Shown: positions 12,001 to 19,332 of the stretch, in pieces
How positions within the stretch are numbered: the first letter of the stretch is position 1
Layout of the letters: every line of letters begins with the position of its first letter
Origin: Flavobacteriales bacterium
GTDB taxonomy: Bacteria; Bacteroidota; Bacteroidia; Flavobacteriales_F; PHOS-HE28
Reading direction: 5' to 3'
Assembly (NCBI GenBank): GCA_016721825.1
Contig: JADKHI010000001.1
Location: forward strand, 1,294,808-1,358,807
DNA length: 64,000 bases
The notes under the pieces: model-generated
Told to the model about the DNA's origin: nothing
Databases searched by the model: none
The model's input: the letters and a program-made list of their open reading frames with translations, nothing else
Program-made: the position numbers and the translations under genes

Positions 12001-12423
12001 CTCCACGCCCCCCACGTTCACATCGGCCACACGCTTGCGCACCGCCATACGCGTGGTGCCCGCCATGTTCCATTCCACAGCGCCCTGCATGCTCCAACCG
12101 CCCGTGATGTTCAACACCGTTGCCGCATCACCTTCCATGATCACACGACCGGAGCGCGGTGCCACGCGCAGATCACCGCACCAGTTCACATCGCTCAGGT
12201 GGATGCGCACATCGTGGTCGGGGCTGATCACCACCACATCACTGTTGCGCGGTACACCGGCACCGCCCGTACCCTTCGGCGTGGCGGACCAGTTGCTGGC
12301 GTCAGCCCAGTTGCCGTTGGTGCCCGTCCAGTAGAGGGCCGCGTCCTGCGCCTTCAACAAGGCAGGGAAGAACACCAGGGCCAGGGCGGGAAGGATGGTG
12401 CGGAACATGGAGCGGTGTTGCAT
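3052..12423 (-). CDS. Giant SprB-repeat cell-surface adhesin with a gliding-motility-associated C-terminal domain (CHU_C / T9SS type B sorting domain)
   Basis: Track ORF 3052..12459. I prefer the Met at 12423 (MQHRSMFRTILPALALVFFPALLKAQ signal peptide), or 12408, because earlier codons overlap the upstream gene. The body carries roughly 30 tandem ~78-aa Cys repeats of form C.G.CDG.A.....GG.GPYTY.WSP.P..GQGT....GLC.G.Y.VTI.D..GCDT. The C-terminus IIIPSGFTPNGDGWNDGWQI...IYNRWGELLFSS...WDGRYSGGLVPVGTYYYVIKL is the CHU_C domain. Confidence 0.9.
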   Translation of the reverse strand: MQHRSMFRTILPALALVFFPALLKAQDAALYWTGTNGNWADASNWSATPKGTGGAGVPRNSDVVVISPDHDVRIHLSDVNWCGDLRVAPRSGRVIMEGDAATVLNITGGWSMQGAVEWNMAGTTRMAVRKRVADVNVGGVELKGDVMIDGSGGWNLLSDLKLAADRTLILKEGTLVTNDNHVVCGDMRFAGNGRKSLIAGGSVIEALRSFDAGGVRSVVDPGASHLLVRGVDMPWGALATRPAAAARGISVCGTGPGQTPFTINAQVLTNYNGFNVSCTGSCDATVTVSVTGGVGPFVYSWSTGPNTQTWSNTCVGNKLVIVTDQGQNIGCAATVQVLGPPPVGVIFFPALTPPSCAQTCDGTGNALAVGGTGSGYTFNWNNGAGTGSSFNQLCAGTNTLEIRDQNNCLFDTTFIIPLQPVAPVLTVTNATCNGGCDGEAEVVVTGGTGTYTYTWAPVPPVGQGTTNVSGLCSGPWSVTINDANGCDTTLTFQITQPPPIVPNSSHTDVSCANQCDGTATVAPSGAVGPYTFLWSPAPGGGQGTGSVTGLCAGNYTVLITDQASGCDTLVNITISSPTALDPQLTITDASCAGECDGSVILVVTGGVGPYTYLWTPNPPVGQGTPSVSGLCPGPWSVTITDVSGCDTTVAFTINAPPPILPNESQTDVTCAGACDGTATCAPTGGVGPYTYLWSPVPPAGQGTPTASGLCAGPWTATITDANGCDTTVQFLILEPPPLTQTSTSTNVTCGTNCDGTASVVIAGGTPNYTYAWSPAPGGGQGTPDATGLCAGAYSVLVTDSRGCTLTVPFTITAPVPLQLSLQITPASCPDVCDGTAGVIVTGGTAGYTYLWSPAPGAGQGTANVTGLCPGAYSLTVTDAVNCDTTISFTITAPTPIAPNAVVTDAVCPGTCNGTVVLAPTGGNGTYTYLWVPVPSNGQGTAQALGLCAGNIQVTITSGGCDTTLSFTIDQPPPIDASLTTTAALCWNSCDGSATAAVTGGTPNYTYAWSPAPGGGQGTPNATGLCAGNYTLTIADALGCDTTIAFTITAPAPINAGLTVENASCGGACDGEANVQPTGGTPGYVITWAPPPGGGQGTGTATGLCPGVYTVTIADAAGCDTTIQFTVVTPSGITSVPSIVAASCADVCDGAVVLNTQGGVPSYTYNWSPSPGTGQGTPSVGGLCAGDYTVNIGDQAGCDTVFIVTVPSPPAIIPNGTFTNENCNGPCTGTASVAPTGGLGTFTYLWSPQPGAGQGTPNVTGLCAGNWTCTVGDASGCDTVFAFTVLPEQPIVPDLTYTDADCWNECNGAATVNPTGGAGGFTYAWTPNPPVGQGTPSVSGLCLGFWEVTITDVAGCDTTIGFVIFKPSPLEPNLVVEPEDCNGACTAQAAVFPFGGTPGYSVLWDPPPGGGQGTNIATGLCVGQYTVTITDANGCDTTTTFQVDPFTPITPNLSSTPVSCSNACDGTATVGPTGGEAPYAYTWDPVPPVGQGTPSASGLCAGVWSVTIFDASACDTTVTVLITGPAPLDPSATVQNVQCAGACDGSIVLNTQGGTPNYQYTWAPVPPNGQGTNTATDLCPGVWSVTIADANGCDTTVSFTITEPAPLTSTPTVVQSQCQVCIGSILMSTAGGSGTYTYTWGPPLNLVTTDPFVQNLCAGIYPVTVQDSLGCSLAFAVPVTDSNGEVLTMNDGITSCPNTCDGGVSVSFACSVPTCSIAWSDGLGNTLPNTTDTLTGLCEGIYLVQVTNGDGCLSIDTAQVITPTPLTAAVSSSPVSCSGLCDGTATIGLSGGQTPYVITWSPAPGGGQGTPFATGLCPGVYAVLIADGGGCDTTYTVLITSPTPLQPNAVQQGISCAGQCDADITLAPAGGSGTYTFTWSPVPPNGQGNAQATDLCAGTWNVVIADGAGCDTTLTFVITDPQPLGLSVTATPSQCQVCNGTATASVSGGTGTTTITWTDAGGVSVGSGAQVSGLCAGFYTASAVDANGCSTQATIAVSDADGELLTTVDGQTLCAGSCDGQVGVVFTCSNGPCTIQWTDGLGAVLGTNVFDVASLCVGDYYVQVTNGAGCVTIDTASVVPSTQIIPNISSTPETCAGACDGTATAGPVGGVGPYIYTWTPAPPIGQGTPQAAGLCPGVYSLLIVDQSGCDTTVTVLILGPQQITAAVNQSDVSCSGACDGSITLTAQGGTGTLSYTWSPAPPLGQGTAVADSLCAGSWSVTIADANGCDTTLTFQITEPQPLSLSTASTQSACGQCIGTATATPTGGTGPYVYSWSQNGGVFSTDSLATGLCAGLYAVDVTDANGCTASTSVPVTDVDGELLSTTDGLTSCPGECDGEVSVAFACGIPTCSIIWFDAQSNAFNEPGNVLDSLCAGTYFVQVTNGNGCISIDTALVVEPAPIVANLSTTPARCAGSCDGSATVGPTGGVGSYTYLWDPVPPLGQGTPQASGLCAGAWSVTITDSIGCSIVVPALILEPQPISVAATITPVTCNGACDGGVDVVVQGGTGPFTLTWSPQPPIGQGTASIDSLCAGDWTLTIMDVNGCDTSITFTLVEPQVLLAAVNKTGNLCFGDCQGTATALVSGGVQPYTLSWTTSGGVPVAQDTTAIGGLCAGDYLFVVTDSNGCTLSTPFTITQGVAIDAALVFSNETCQGPCDATATVNPTGGVGVFTILWQPQPGGGQGTTNATGLCPGNWSVTVTDTLGCDTTLNFTILPFTPILPNATVQNVLCNGACNGSIQLAPTGGLGGYVYDWSPVPPNGQGTSSATGLCPGPWSVTIADNVGCDTTITFTITEPDTLLITVDQVVEASCATANDGAIDITITGGTQGYTVSWTGPGFSSAQEDISALLPGLYAVTVTDANGCQTTLPITVNALVTVVADAGPDLSQCEQVAIVLDGSASQGGTSYQWTNANGVVVGNTAVLPLGNLPNGSYTFILTVSDGPCSDVDSVSVNVLALPLADAGPDLTIIGFGEVTLGGSPSGPAGSSFIWTPDSLLNAPTVPNPTTAPLETAWYTLTVTAPNGCIDTDSVLVTIVPEIIIPSGFTPNGDGWNDGWQIDLIGMFPECEVEIYNRWGELLFSSVGYKVPWDGRYSGGLVPVGTYYYVIKLNDPKFPEAYTGPLTVIR

Positions 12424-12440
12424 GGGGCTTCCGGTAGGGC

Positions 12441-13379
12441 TCATTCGAACACGGGACAACTGACGATGGTCTTGCTCGGGTCATTCGCCTTGCAGGGGTA
12501 GATCGCAAGGATGACCTCGTGGGTATTGGAACTGGCCACGCGCAACCGGCTCGTGGTCACGTCGTAGCTGTACCCCAAGGTGAAGTAGTTGAGGAAGGGC
12601 AACTTGATCATGAAGGACACCGCATCCTGGTTGCGGTAGCCGATGCCGAAGCCGAGCCGCTTCTTGTACTCGAACATCGCGTTGATGTCGAAGGCCAGCG
12701 GCGTGGCAGGCCCCAACTTCAACAAGGTGCTCGGCACCATGGAGAAGGTCTTGCTGAAGCGATACCGGTAGCCGGCGCTGGCCAGGAACTGGCGCGCCAG
12801 CCGGGAGTCCTCGCCCACATCGGTGATGCGGTTGCCCAGCACTTGGTGGATCGAAAGCCCCGCCCAGCCGCTCTTGCTGTAGAACCAGATGCCCGGCGTG
12901 ATCACCGGGTAGATCATGGTGGACCGCTTGGCGTCCAGGATCGGGTCGTTGTAATTGTTCAGCGTCAGGTCGGACACGTCCAGCTTGAACTGCTTCATGC
13001 CGCCGAAGAAGCCCAGGGACATGTAGCTGTCCTTGTTCATCTGGATGTGGTAGGCATAGGCCAGCAGGAATTGCGTGTAGCCGATGGGGCCGGTATCGTC
13101 CGCTTCCACGAAGGCACCGACACCGTGCCGGTTCTGTTGGTAGGGTTTGCCTTTCGGCTTGATCACGCCGTGCAAGCTGGCCCAGGCCGTCACCGGTGCG
13201 TTCTCAAAGCCCACCCACTGGCGCCGATAGCCCAGGCGCACATCCAGGCAATCCTTGCTGCCCGCCACGGCCGGGTTGATGCTGAAGTGGTTGAACACGT
13301 ACTGCGTGTACTGCGAGATCTGCTGCGCGGTTGCACGCGAGCCGATCACCAGGCCGATGAGGAGCAGCAGCTTTTTCAT
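12441..13379 (-). CDS. PorP/SprF family type IX secretion system membrane protein
   Basis: The track ORF is extended upstream. The real start is MKKLLLLIGLVIGSRATAQQISQYTQYVFNHFSINPAVAG at 13379. This ATG overlaps the stop of the upstream CHU_C gene (ATGA at 13376-13379). Confidence 0.85.
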   Translation of the reverse strand: MKKLLLLIGLVIGSRATAQQISQYTQYVFNHFSINPAVAGSKDCLDVRLGYRRQWVGFENAPVTAWASLHGVIKPKGKPYQQNRHGVGAFVEADDTGPIGYTQFLLAYAYHIQMNKDSYMSLGFFGGMKQFKLDVSDLTLNNYNDPILDAKRSTMIYPVITPGIWFYSKSGWAGLSIHQVLGNRITDVGEDSRLARQFLASAGYRYRFSKTFSMVPSTLLKLGPATPLAFDINAMFEYKKRLGFGIGYRNQDAVSFMIKLPFLNYFTLGYSYDVTTSRLRVASSNTHEVILAIYPCKANDPSKTIVSCPVFE

Positions 13380-14371
13380 CGGAGAATGGTGAGCGATCCG
13401 GTGTAGGGCGCCGAGCGGCCCTTCACCTGGTTCAGTTCGATGTACCAGTAGTAGGTGGCCACTGGCAGGGGCGAGCCGTTGTTGGTGCCGTCGAAGGGCT
13501 CCTTGTAACCAGTGCTGCTGAAGACCTTCTGCCCCCAGCGGTCGTAGATGTACACCTGGCACGAGGGGTAGTCCCCGATGCCCAGGATCTCCCACGTGTC
13601 GTTGATGTCATCACCGTTCGGGGTGATCGTGTTCGAGGGCGAGATCAGGCGCTTCACCTCCACGATCACCTGGTCGCTGTAAGTGCAGCCGTTCAGCTGC
13701 GTGGTCACGGTGTAGGTGGTGGTCTCTTCGGGTTGTGCGATGGGGTCCGGGATGTTGCTGCCGCTGAGGCCCGAGGTCGGTGTCCACGTGTAGGTGGTGC
13801 CGCCGGTGGCCTGCAATTGCGCGTTGTCGCCTTCGCCCAAGGTCACGTCCGGACCCGCATCGAAATCCACGTTCACGATGTCCGCGCCGGGACCGCTGGT
13901 AACGACCGAGAATCCGCATTGCGCCGGAATGGTGGCACCGTTGTTCGCGGCACCTGCGACCACCACCCAGTATTGCGTGTTGGGCAGCAAAGCCGGTGTG
14001 GTCATCACGAAGTCGTCGGAGTCCTCCAAGCAGGTTGACGCTGCGGCGAAGGAGCCGGGGGTGCAACTGCCATCGCCGCTCAGCACCACCACGCTCAGCT
14101 CGTTGTCCATGCCCGCCACGCCGGGGCAGTTGATGCTGGAGATGGAGACATCCACCGTGCCGCCGACGCTGTTGGTGGTGAAGGTGTACCAGAGCACATT
14201 GCCTGTGGCCGGACAGAAACCCGGCCAGCCCGTGGCACCCGTGTTGTTGCCCGTGAGCGGTTGTTGCGCGCACAAGGTGGCGGCGGTGCTGCAGTCGTCG
14301 TTGGGCGGTTGCGCCTTTACGACCAAGGCCAGTGCGAAGAACAGGAGGAAGTGGATCGCTCTCATCCCCAT
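13376..14371 (-). CDS. Secreted protein with a gliding-motility-associated C-terminal (CHU_C / T9SS type B) domain
   Basis: Start at MGMRAIHFLLFFALALVVKAQ (14371, or 14365). The N-terminal domain is Cys-rich (PPNDDCSTAATLC...). The C-terminus ITPNGDDINDTWEILGIGDYPSCQVYIYDRWGQKVFSS...PVATYYWYIEL matches CHU_C. Confidence 0.8.
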   Translation of the reverse strand: MGMRAIHFLLFFALALVVKAQPPNDDCSTAATLCAQQPLTGNNTGATGWPGFCPATGNVLWYTFTTNSVGGTVDVSISSINCPGVAGMDNELSVVVLSGDGSCTPGSFAAASTCLEDSDDFVMTTPALLPNTQYWVVVAGAANNGATIPAQCGFSVVTSGPGADIVNVDFDAGPDVTLGEGDNAQLQATGGTTYTWTPTSGLSGSNIPDPIAQPEETTTYTVTTQLNGCTYSDQVIVEVKRLISPSNTITPNGDDINDTWEILGIGDYPSCQVYIYDRWGQKVFSSTGYKEPFDGTNNGSPLPVATYYWYIELNQVKGRSAPYTGSLTILR

Positions 14372-14563
14372 AGGGGTCGGTGTCCGTGCGGGCATGCGCA
14401 CGGATGAGCCGAAGGTAGACGGGCCCCATGCGGCGCTTTCCGCTGGGATCGCGGCACTTACGCACAACACCTTGTTGGGTGCTCCGAAGCCCCCCGTTCG
14501 CTCGGTGGATCAGCGCTTTCGCAAGCCGGAGCTCTGCGATCCTTTCGCTATCCTTGCTCGACG

Positions 14564-15388
14564 ATGCTCGCACGCTTCAAGCTCCACCTCCAGCGGGAAT
14601 GGCAGGCCCGCCGACATGGCCGCGACGCCACCGAACGCCGCGCCATGGCCCGCACCCTCCATGCCTTGGACAAGGCCGCGGCCCAGCAGAAAGGTCCCGG
14701 CGAAGTGGCCGTGCCCATCCTCGGGCACCCCATGCGCGGCTTCAGCGTCGGCGCCCTGCGCTACCTGTTCAACGAGGTCTTCCTCACCGGCGAATACCGC
14801 TTCGAATGCGAGCGCCCCGACCCCGTGATCATCGACTGCGGCGCTAACATCGGCTTCGCTACGCTCTACTTCAAGCGCCTGTTCCCGCGCAGCACCGTGC
14901 ACGCCTTCGAGGCCAACCCCAACGCCTTCCGCCTGCTGGAGGCCAACGTGAAAGGCAACGCCCTCAGCAACGTCCACCTCAACCAGGTGGCGCTGTCCGA
15001 TGCCGAAGGGGAGCTCTCCTTCTTCATCAGCGACGATGCCGGCACCCTGCTCGGCTCCGTTCGTTCGGACCGCGGCGGCACTTCGGAACTGAAGGTGAAG
15101 GCCACGCGCCTCTCCAACTTGATCGCCAGCCTGGACCGTGTGGATGCCGTGAAGATCGACGTGGAAGGCGCCGAATGGCACATCCTGAAGGACCTGCAAC
15201 AGAGCGGCACGCTGGCCAAGCCGATGCGCTACCTGATCGAGTACCACCACCAGATGGGTAGCGACGCGCCCCGCCTATCGGAGTTCCTCGCGCCCTTCGA
15301 GGCCGCTGGCTACCGCTACCAGATCGCCGGCAAGCTCAACGCCATCACCGATTTCCAGGATGTGCTGATCCATTTGCAGCGGGGGTAG
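14564..15388 (+). CDS. FkbM family methyltransferase
   Basis: IIDCGANIGFATLYFKRLFPRSTVHAFEANPNAFRLLEANV...VALSDAEGELSFF matches the FkbM-type SAM methyltransferase core. Confidence 0.8.
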   Translation: MLARFKLHLQREWQARRHGRDATERRAMARTLHALDKAAAQQKGPGEVAVPILGHPMRGFSVGALRYLFNEVFLTGEYRFECERPDPVIIDCGANIGFATLYFKRLFPRSTVHAFEANPNAFRLLEANVKGNALSNVHLNQVALSDAEGELSFFISDDAGTLLGSVRSDRGGTSELKVKATRLSNLIASLDRVDAVKIDVEGAEWHILKDLQQSGTLAKPMRYLIEYHHQMGSDAPRLSEFLAPFEAAGYRYQIAGKLNAITDFQDVLIHLQRG

Positions 15389-15496
15389 GGTTATCAGTTG
15401 GAAGAAGTTCCTCTCGATCAATAGTCAGTCAGCGACATCAGGAAGTAGTATATGATTCCGGTCAAATCTCTCTTTGATGCTTTGCTATACCCCATG

Positions 15497-15527
15497 AAAA
15501 AACAGAAAAGGGAGCCTCTCAGCTCCC
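15497..15527 (-). terminator. Intrinsic terminator downstream of tRNA-Arg
   Basis: The minus strand reads GGGAGC-TGAGAG-GCTCCC followed by TTTTCTGTTTTTTC, starting 9 nt after the tRNA 3' end. Confidence 0.6.
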
Positions 15528-15535
15528 CTTGAATG

Positions 15536-15607
15536 TGACCCCACCAGGAGTCGAACCTGGATCAAGAGTTTAGGAAACTCCTATTCTATCCATTGAACTA
15601 TGGGGTC
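15536..15607 (-). tRNA. tRNA-Arg (anticodon CCT)
   Basis: The minus strand is GACCCCATAGTTCAATGGATAGAATAGGAGTTTCCTAAACTCTTGATCCAGGTTCGACTCCTGGTGGGGTCA. The acceptor stem GACCCCA/TGGGGTC has 7 bp. The anticodon stem is GGAGT/ACTCT with loop TTCCTAA (CCT). The T arm is CCAGG-TTCGACT-CCTGG. The discriminator is A and no CCA is encoded. Confidence 0.9.
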
Positions 15608-15843
15608 AGGGAGGCAGGTGCCCCCTTGCGGGCCGCAAATGTAGACCCCGCGCGGTAATGGAGACCCCGGAAGCAGGCGGACCGGGCCTTTCGCCCCCTT
15701 CCCCACCGGGCCAAGCCGCACCCGCTCAGCTTTTCACGGATGGATCGACTATTCGCATCGACCAGTTGATAGATGGGGACGACCAATGTTGACTTAAAGA
15801 AGTCGCTGACGGTACATTGCGGCAACTCCCAACCAAGAGACAC

Positions 15844-18153
15844 ATGCGGATCACTACCCTTGCCTTTCTCCTTGCAACGGCCACGGCCAGCGCCCAGGTC
15901 ACGATCGGGCAGAACGAGATGCCCCATGCGGGCGATGCCCTGCTGAAGACGCGGGCGGTCTCCAATCCCTTTCTGAACTACGGGGCCACGGGTGCCAACT
16001 ACACCTGGAACTTCACGAACCTGGTGGCCCAGGCACAGGAGACGCGCTCCTACCAGTCGGTGTCGTCCACGAACATCGTGTACGCGCTGATCTACGTGGA
16101 CCTCTTCTTCAACCCGAACCGCGCGAACCACGCCACGGAGGGTGTGGACATCCCCTTCAACCAGCTGCTTCCGATCGACAACCCCTACACCTTCTACCTG
16201 CACACGGGCAGCCAGTACAAGAAGGTGGGCTACGGTGCGGAGATCGCCGGCATTCCGCTGCCCATCACCTTCAACCAGCAGGATGTGGTGTATGAGCTTC
16301 CGCTGAACTACGGCAACACGAGCAGCTCCACTTCCTTCTACCAGCTGGCCGTGCCGAACCTCGCCTACTACGGCTACGGTCAGGAGCGCACCAACGATGT
16401 GGACGGCTGGGGCGCCATCACAACCCCTGCCGGCACCTACGACGTGCTTCGCGTACACACCGTGCTGAACGGTAAGGACTCGATCAACATCGACACCTTG
16501 AGCCTTGGCTTCGCGGTGGAACGCCCTGGTGTGCATGAGTACAAGTGGCTGGCGCCGGGCTTCCGCTTACCGATCCTGCAGATCAACACCACCGAGCTCT
16601 TCGGCACCGAGGTGATCACCGACGTGTGGTTCTACGACGAGCCCCGCAGCATTGAAGTGGTGGCCCCGCTGGCCGCTACGCTCTGCGCCGGTGGCGAATA
16701 CACCTTGACCTACGACGAGAACGGATCCTACAACCCCGGCGGTTTCCTGATCCCAGCGAACGTGTTCACCGCCCAGCTCTCGGATGAGAACGGCGACTTC
16801 GCTAACGCGACGAACATCGGCACCGTGACCTCCACGCAGTCCGGCACCATCACCGTCACCATCCCCGCCAACACACCTGCTGGCACCGGCTACCGCATCC
16901 GCGTGAACGCCAACAGCCCCGCGACCACGGGCACCGACAACGGCTTCGACATCACCATTCAGCCGGGCACCCTGCCCGTGGCCAGCGCTTCCGCTGGTGG
17001 ACCGACGACCTTCTGCGATGGCGGCGATGTGACGTTGAGCGCGGGCACCGATCCGAACTACACATACCAGTGGTTGCTCGATGGCACCGCGATCCCCGGC
17101 GCCACCGACCCCGACCTGCTCGCCGGTACTGACGGCACCTACTCCGTTGAGGTGTCGAACGTGTGCGGTAACGACGTGTCCACCGACATTGACGTGACGG
17201 TGAACGCCTTGCCGGTGAACGAACTGGACGCGACCAGCTATGCGAGTTGCCAAGGCACGGCTGTCACGATCACGGCGGTGGACCAATCGGGCCTGAACAA
17301 CCTGGACTACGTGTGGACCTTGGACGGCAACGTGATCCCCGGCGCGGACCAATCCTCCATCAGCGCAACGGATGCCGGTGCGTATGCGGTGGAAGTGACG
17401 GACAGCCAGACGGGCTGCGCCTACACCTCTGCTTCGTCCACCCTCGCTGTTGAAGCCACGCCTGTTGTGACCGTGAGCGCACAGGGCAACACGACCTTCT
17501 GCGCCGATGGTTCCGTGGTGCTTGACGCTGGCAACGACCCGAACCTGAGCTACCAGTGGTTCCTGGATGGCAACGCGATCAATGGCGCAACAGCCTCTAC
17601 CCTGACCGCCGATTCGACCGGTACGTACACGGTGGTGGCCACCAGCACGGGCGGCTGCGCTTCAGCCCCGAGCAACAGCACCGACGTAACGGAGAACCCG
17701 ATCCCTGCTGAACCGGTGATCACCCAAGGAACGGACACCCTCTATGCCAGCGGCACGGGTGACTTCCAGTGGAACCTCTTCGGATCACCGATCAACGGTG
17801 CCACCGATGCCTTCATCGAGACCGCGGTCAGCGGCGACTACACCGTGACGGTGACGGTGGACGGATGCTCCAGCACCTCGGCCATCTACACCTACATCGC
17901 CACCGGCATCGACCTGCTGGATGCGAGCGCCGTGCAGGTGTTCCCCAACCCTTCCGCCGGAGCCTTCACGATCCAGCTGAACAAGGGCGGCGCGCTCTAC
18001 ACCGTGACCGACATGACCGGCAAGCTGGTGCAACAAGGCCTGCTGAACGGCGTGCAGAACGCACTTGACCTCACCACCTACGGGACCGGCCTGTACATCC
18101 TCCGCATCACGCAGGATGGTGCTTCCCGCTCGGTGCGCCTGATGCGCAACTAG
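15844..18153 (+). CDS. T9SS type A sorting domain-containing surface protein with Ig-like repeats
   Basis: Start at MRITTLAFLLATATASAQ. There are repeated ~80-aa units (TFCDGGDVTLSAG.DPNYTYQWLLDG..I.GAT...L.A...GTY.V). The C-terminus VQVFPNPSAGAFTIQL...GLYILRITQDGASRSVRLMRN is a Por secretion tail. Confidence 0.8.
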   Translation: MRITTLAFLLATATASAQVTIGQNEMPHAGDALLKTRAVSNPFLNYGATGANYTWNFTNLVAQAQETRSYQSVSSTNIVYALIYVDLFFNPNRANHATEGVDIPFNQLLPIDNPYTFYLHTGSQYKKVGYGAEIAGIPLPITFNQQDVVYELPLNYGNTSSSTSFYQLAVPNLAYYGYGQERTNDVDGWGAITTPAGTYDVLRVHTVLNGKDSINIDTLSLGFAVERPGVHEYKWLAPGFRLPILQINTTELFGTEVITDVWFYDEPRSIEVVAPLAATLCAGGEYTLTYDENGSYNPGGFLIPANVFTAQLSDENGDFANATNIGTVTSTQSGTITVTIPANTPAGTGYRIRVNANSPATTGTDNGFDITIQPGTLPVASASAGGPTTFCDGGDVTLSAGTDPNYTYQWLLDGTAIPGATDPDLLAGTDGTYSVEVSNVCGNDVSTDIDVTVNALPVNELDATSYASCQGTAVTITAVDQSGLNNLDYVWTLDGNVIPGADQSSISATDAGAYAVEVTDSQTGCAYTSASSTLAVEATPVVTVSAQGNTTFCADGSVVLDAGNDPNLSYQWFLDGNAINGATASTLTADSTGTYTVVATSTGGCASAPSNSTDVTENPIPAEPVITQGTDTLYASGTGDFQWNLFGSPINGATDAFIETAVSGDYTVTVTVDGCSSTSAIYTYIATGIDLLDASAVQVFPNPSAGAFTIQLNKGGALYTVTDMTGKLVQQGLLNGVQNALDLTTYGTGLYILRITQDGASRSVRLMRN

Positions 18154-18180
18154 ACCACTGCTTCTTCGTCAAAGCATGCC

Positions 18181-18210
18181 GCTCCCCTGGGTCTTCGGAT
18201 CCGGGGGAGC
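18181..18210 (+). terminator. Possible intrinsic terminator
   Basis: GCTCCCCTGG-GTCTTCGGAT-CCGGGGGAGC, with outer stem GCTCCCC/GGGGAGC, lies 28 nt after the stop at 18153. The T-tail is weak. Confidence 0.4.
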
Positions 18211-18327
18211 GTTGCGTTCGGGGGCACTCCCGTTCGCGGGTTGAGTTTCCCCGCTCCATCATCTTCCTGTGAGCCCCACAACTGGACAGGGTGCGAACTT
18301 GCCGCCGTTCGACCGTGTTCCAGTTCC

Positions 18328-19179
18328 ATGCTCCAGAAGTTCACCACTGTCCTTTCCGCCGCCTTCGGCTTCCTTTTGCTATGCAGCGTTGCCCTCAATG
18401 ACGACGGCAAAGCGGGGCGCACGGGCTCGCCGGGCGAGCTGGACTGCACGGCTTGTCACAACAACTTCGCACTCAATAGCGGTGGTGGCTCCATCGTGTT
18501 AGGCGCGACCAACATGACCGGCTGGGAATACGTGCCGGGCACGGTCTACCACATGACGGCTACCGTGGCGCGCTCCGGCAACCCGCTGTTCGGCATGGGC
18601 CTGGAGGCCTTGACCGCAACGAACACCAACGCAGGCACCCTCACCATCACCAACAGCTCCACCCAGATCAAATCGTTCACGGTGAACGGCGTGTCGCGCA
18701 AGAACGTGGTACACACCCTGAACGGTGGCAATACACCCGATGCAAAGACATTCGAGTTCGATTGGACGGCGCCCAACACCAACATCGGCAACGTCACCTT
18801 TTATTACGCCGGGGTGGCCTCCAACGCGGACGGGGAAGAGAGCACCGGCGACCACGTGTACACCGGCAGCCAGGTGGTGACGCCCGCGCTGAGCACCAGC
18901 ATCCTTGAGCTCGCACCCGACGTGGAGATCAACGTGTACCCCAACCCGGTCACCGACATGGTGAAAGTGGACTATGCGTTGCGCGATGCGGAACGCGTGG
19001 CCATCACGCTCCACGACCTGAACGGCCGCGTGGTGGAACAACTGATGAGCGCCACACGCCAACCCGGAAGGCACACCGAAATGATCGGTGGCTTGGACCG
19101 CTTTGCAACCGGGAGCTACGTGCTGCGCACACAGCTCGGCGACCGCACCCTGGAGCGTCGCGTGCAGATCCAGCACTGA
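18328..19179 (+). CDS. T9SS type A sorting domain-containing protein with an N-terminal CXXCH motif
   Basis: Start at MLQKFTTVLSAAFGFLLLCSVAL (18328). The motif is in GRTGSPGELDCTACHNN. The C-terminus INVYPNPVTDMVKVDYAL...GSYVLRTQLGDRTLERRVQIQH is a type A sorting domain. Confidence 0.75.
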   Translation: MLQKFTTVLSAAFGFLLLCSVALNDDGKAGRTGSPGELDCTACHNNFALNSGGGSIVLGATNMTGWEYVPGTVYHMTATVARSGNPLFGMGLEALTATNTNAGTLTITNSSTQIKSFTVNGVSRKNVVHTLNGGNTPDAKTFEFDWTAPNTNIGNVTFYYAGVASNADGEESTGDHVYTGSQVVTPALSTSILELAPDVEINVYPNPVTDMVKVDYALRDAERVAITLHDLNGRVVEQLMSATRQPGRHTEMIGGLDRFATGSYVLRTQLGDRTLERRVQIQH

Positions 19180-19195
19180 GCACGCAGTGTGCTGA

Positions 19196-19238
19196 ATGAA
19201 GGCCATCGAGGGATCTCGGTGGCCTTCATCATTTTTCA
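19196..19238 (+). terminator. Intrinsic terminator
   Basis: ATGAAGGCCA-(14 nt loop)-TGGCCTTCAT forms a 10-bp perfect stem and is followed by CATTTTTC. Confidence 0.65.
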
Positions 19239-19332
19239 ACCGGCCGTGCGGGGAAGCGCATGGTTCTCACATGGGCTCTCCTGAAGTATCTTCATCGGAA
19301 CAACCATGCTGTTTCACCGACGTCTGTCTCCT

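Noticed and set aside
3245-12334. Dozens of + strand ORFs (up to 449 aa) overlapping the giant minus-strand adhesin gene.
   Set aside because: They are antisense to a gene with clear domain repeats and a sorting domain. Their translations are low-complexity (R/G/H/V-rich or PGxxP-type) mirror images of the repeat, as expected in GC-rich DNA with few stop codons.
15389-15535. An AT-richer 146-bp stretch next to the 3' end of tRNA-Arg as a possible island attachment site.
   Set aside because: I found no second copy of the tRNA 3' segment in the window and no integrase. The stretch contains the tRNA terminator and is adequately explained by that.
15598-16536. A 312-aa minus-strand ORF overlapping the tRNA and the first T9SS type-A gene.
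   Set aside because: It overlaps a well-folded tRNA and is antisense to a gene with a signal peptide and a sorting domain.
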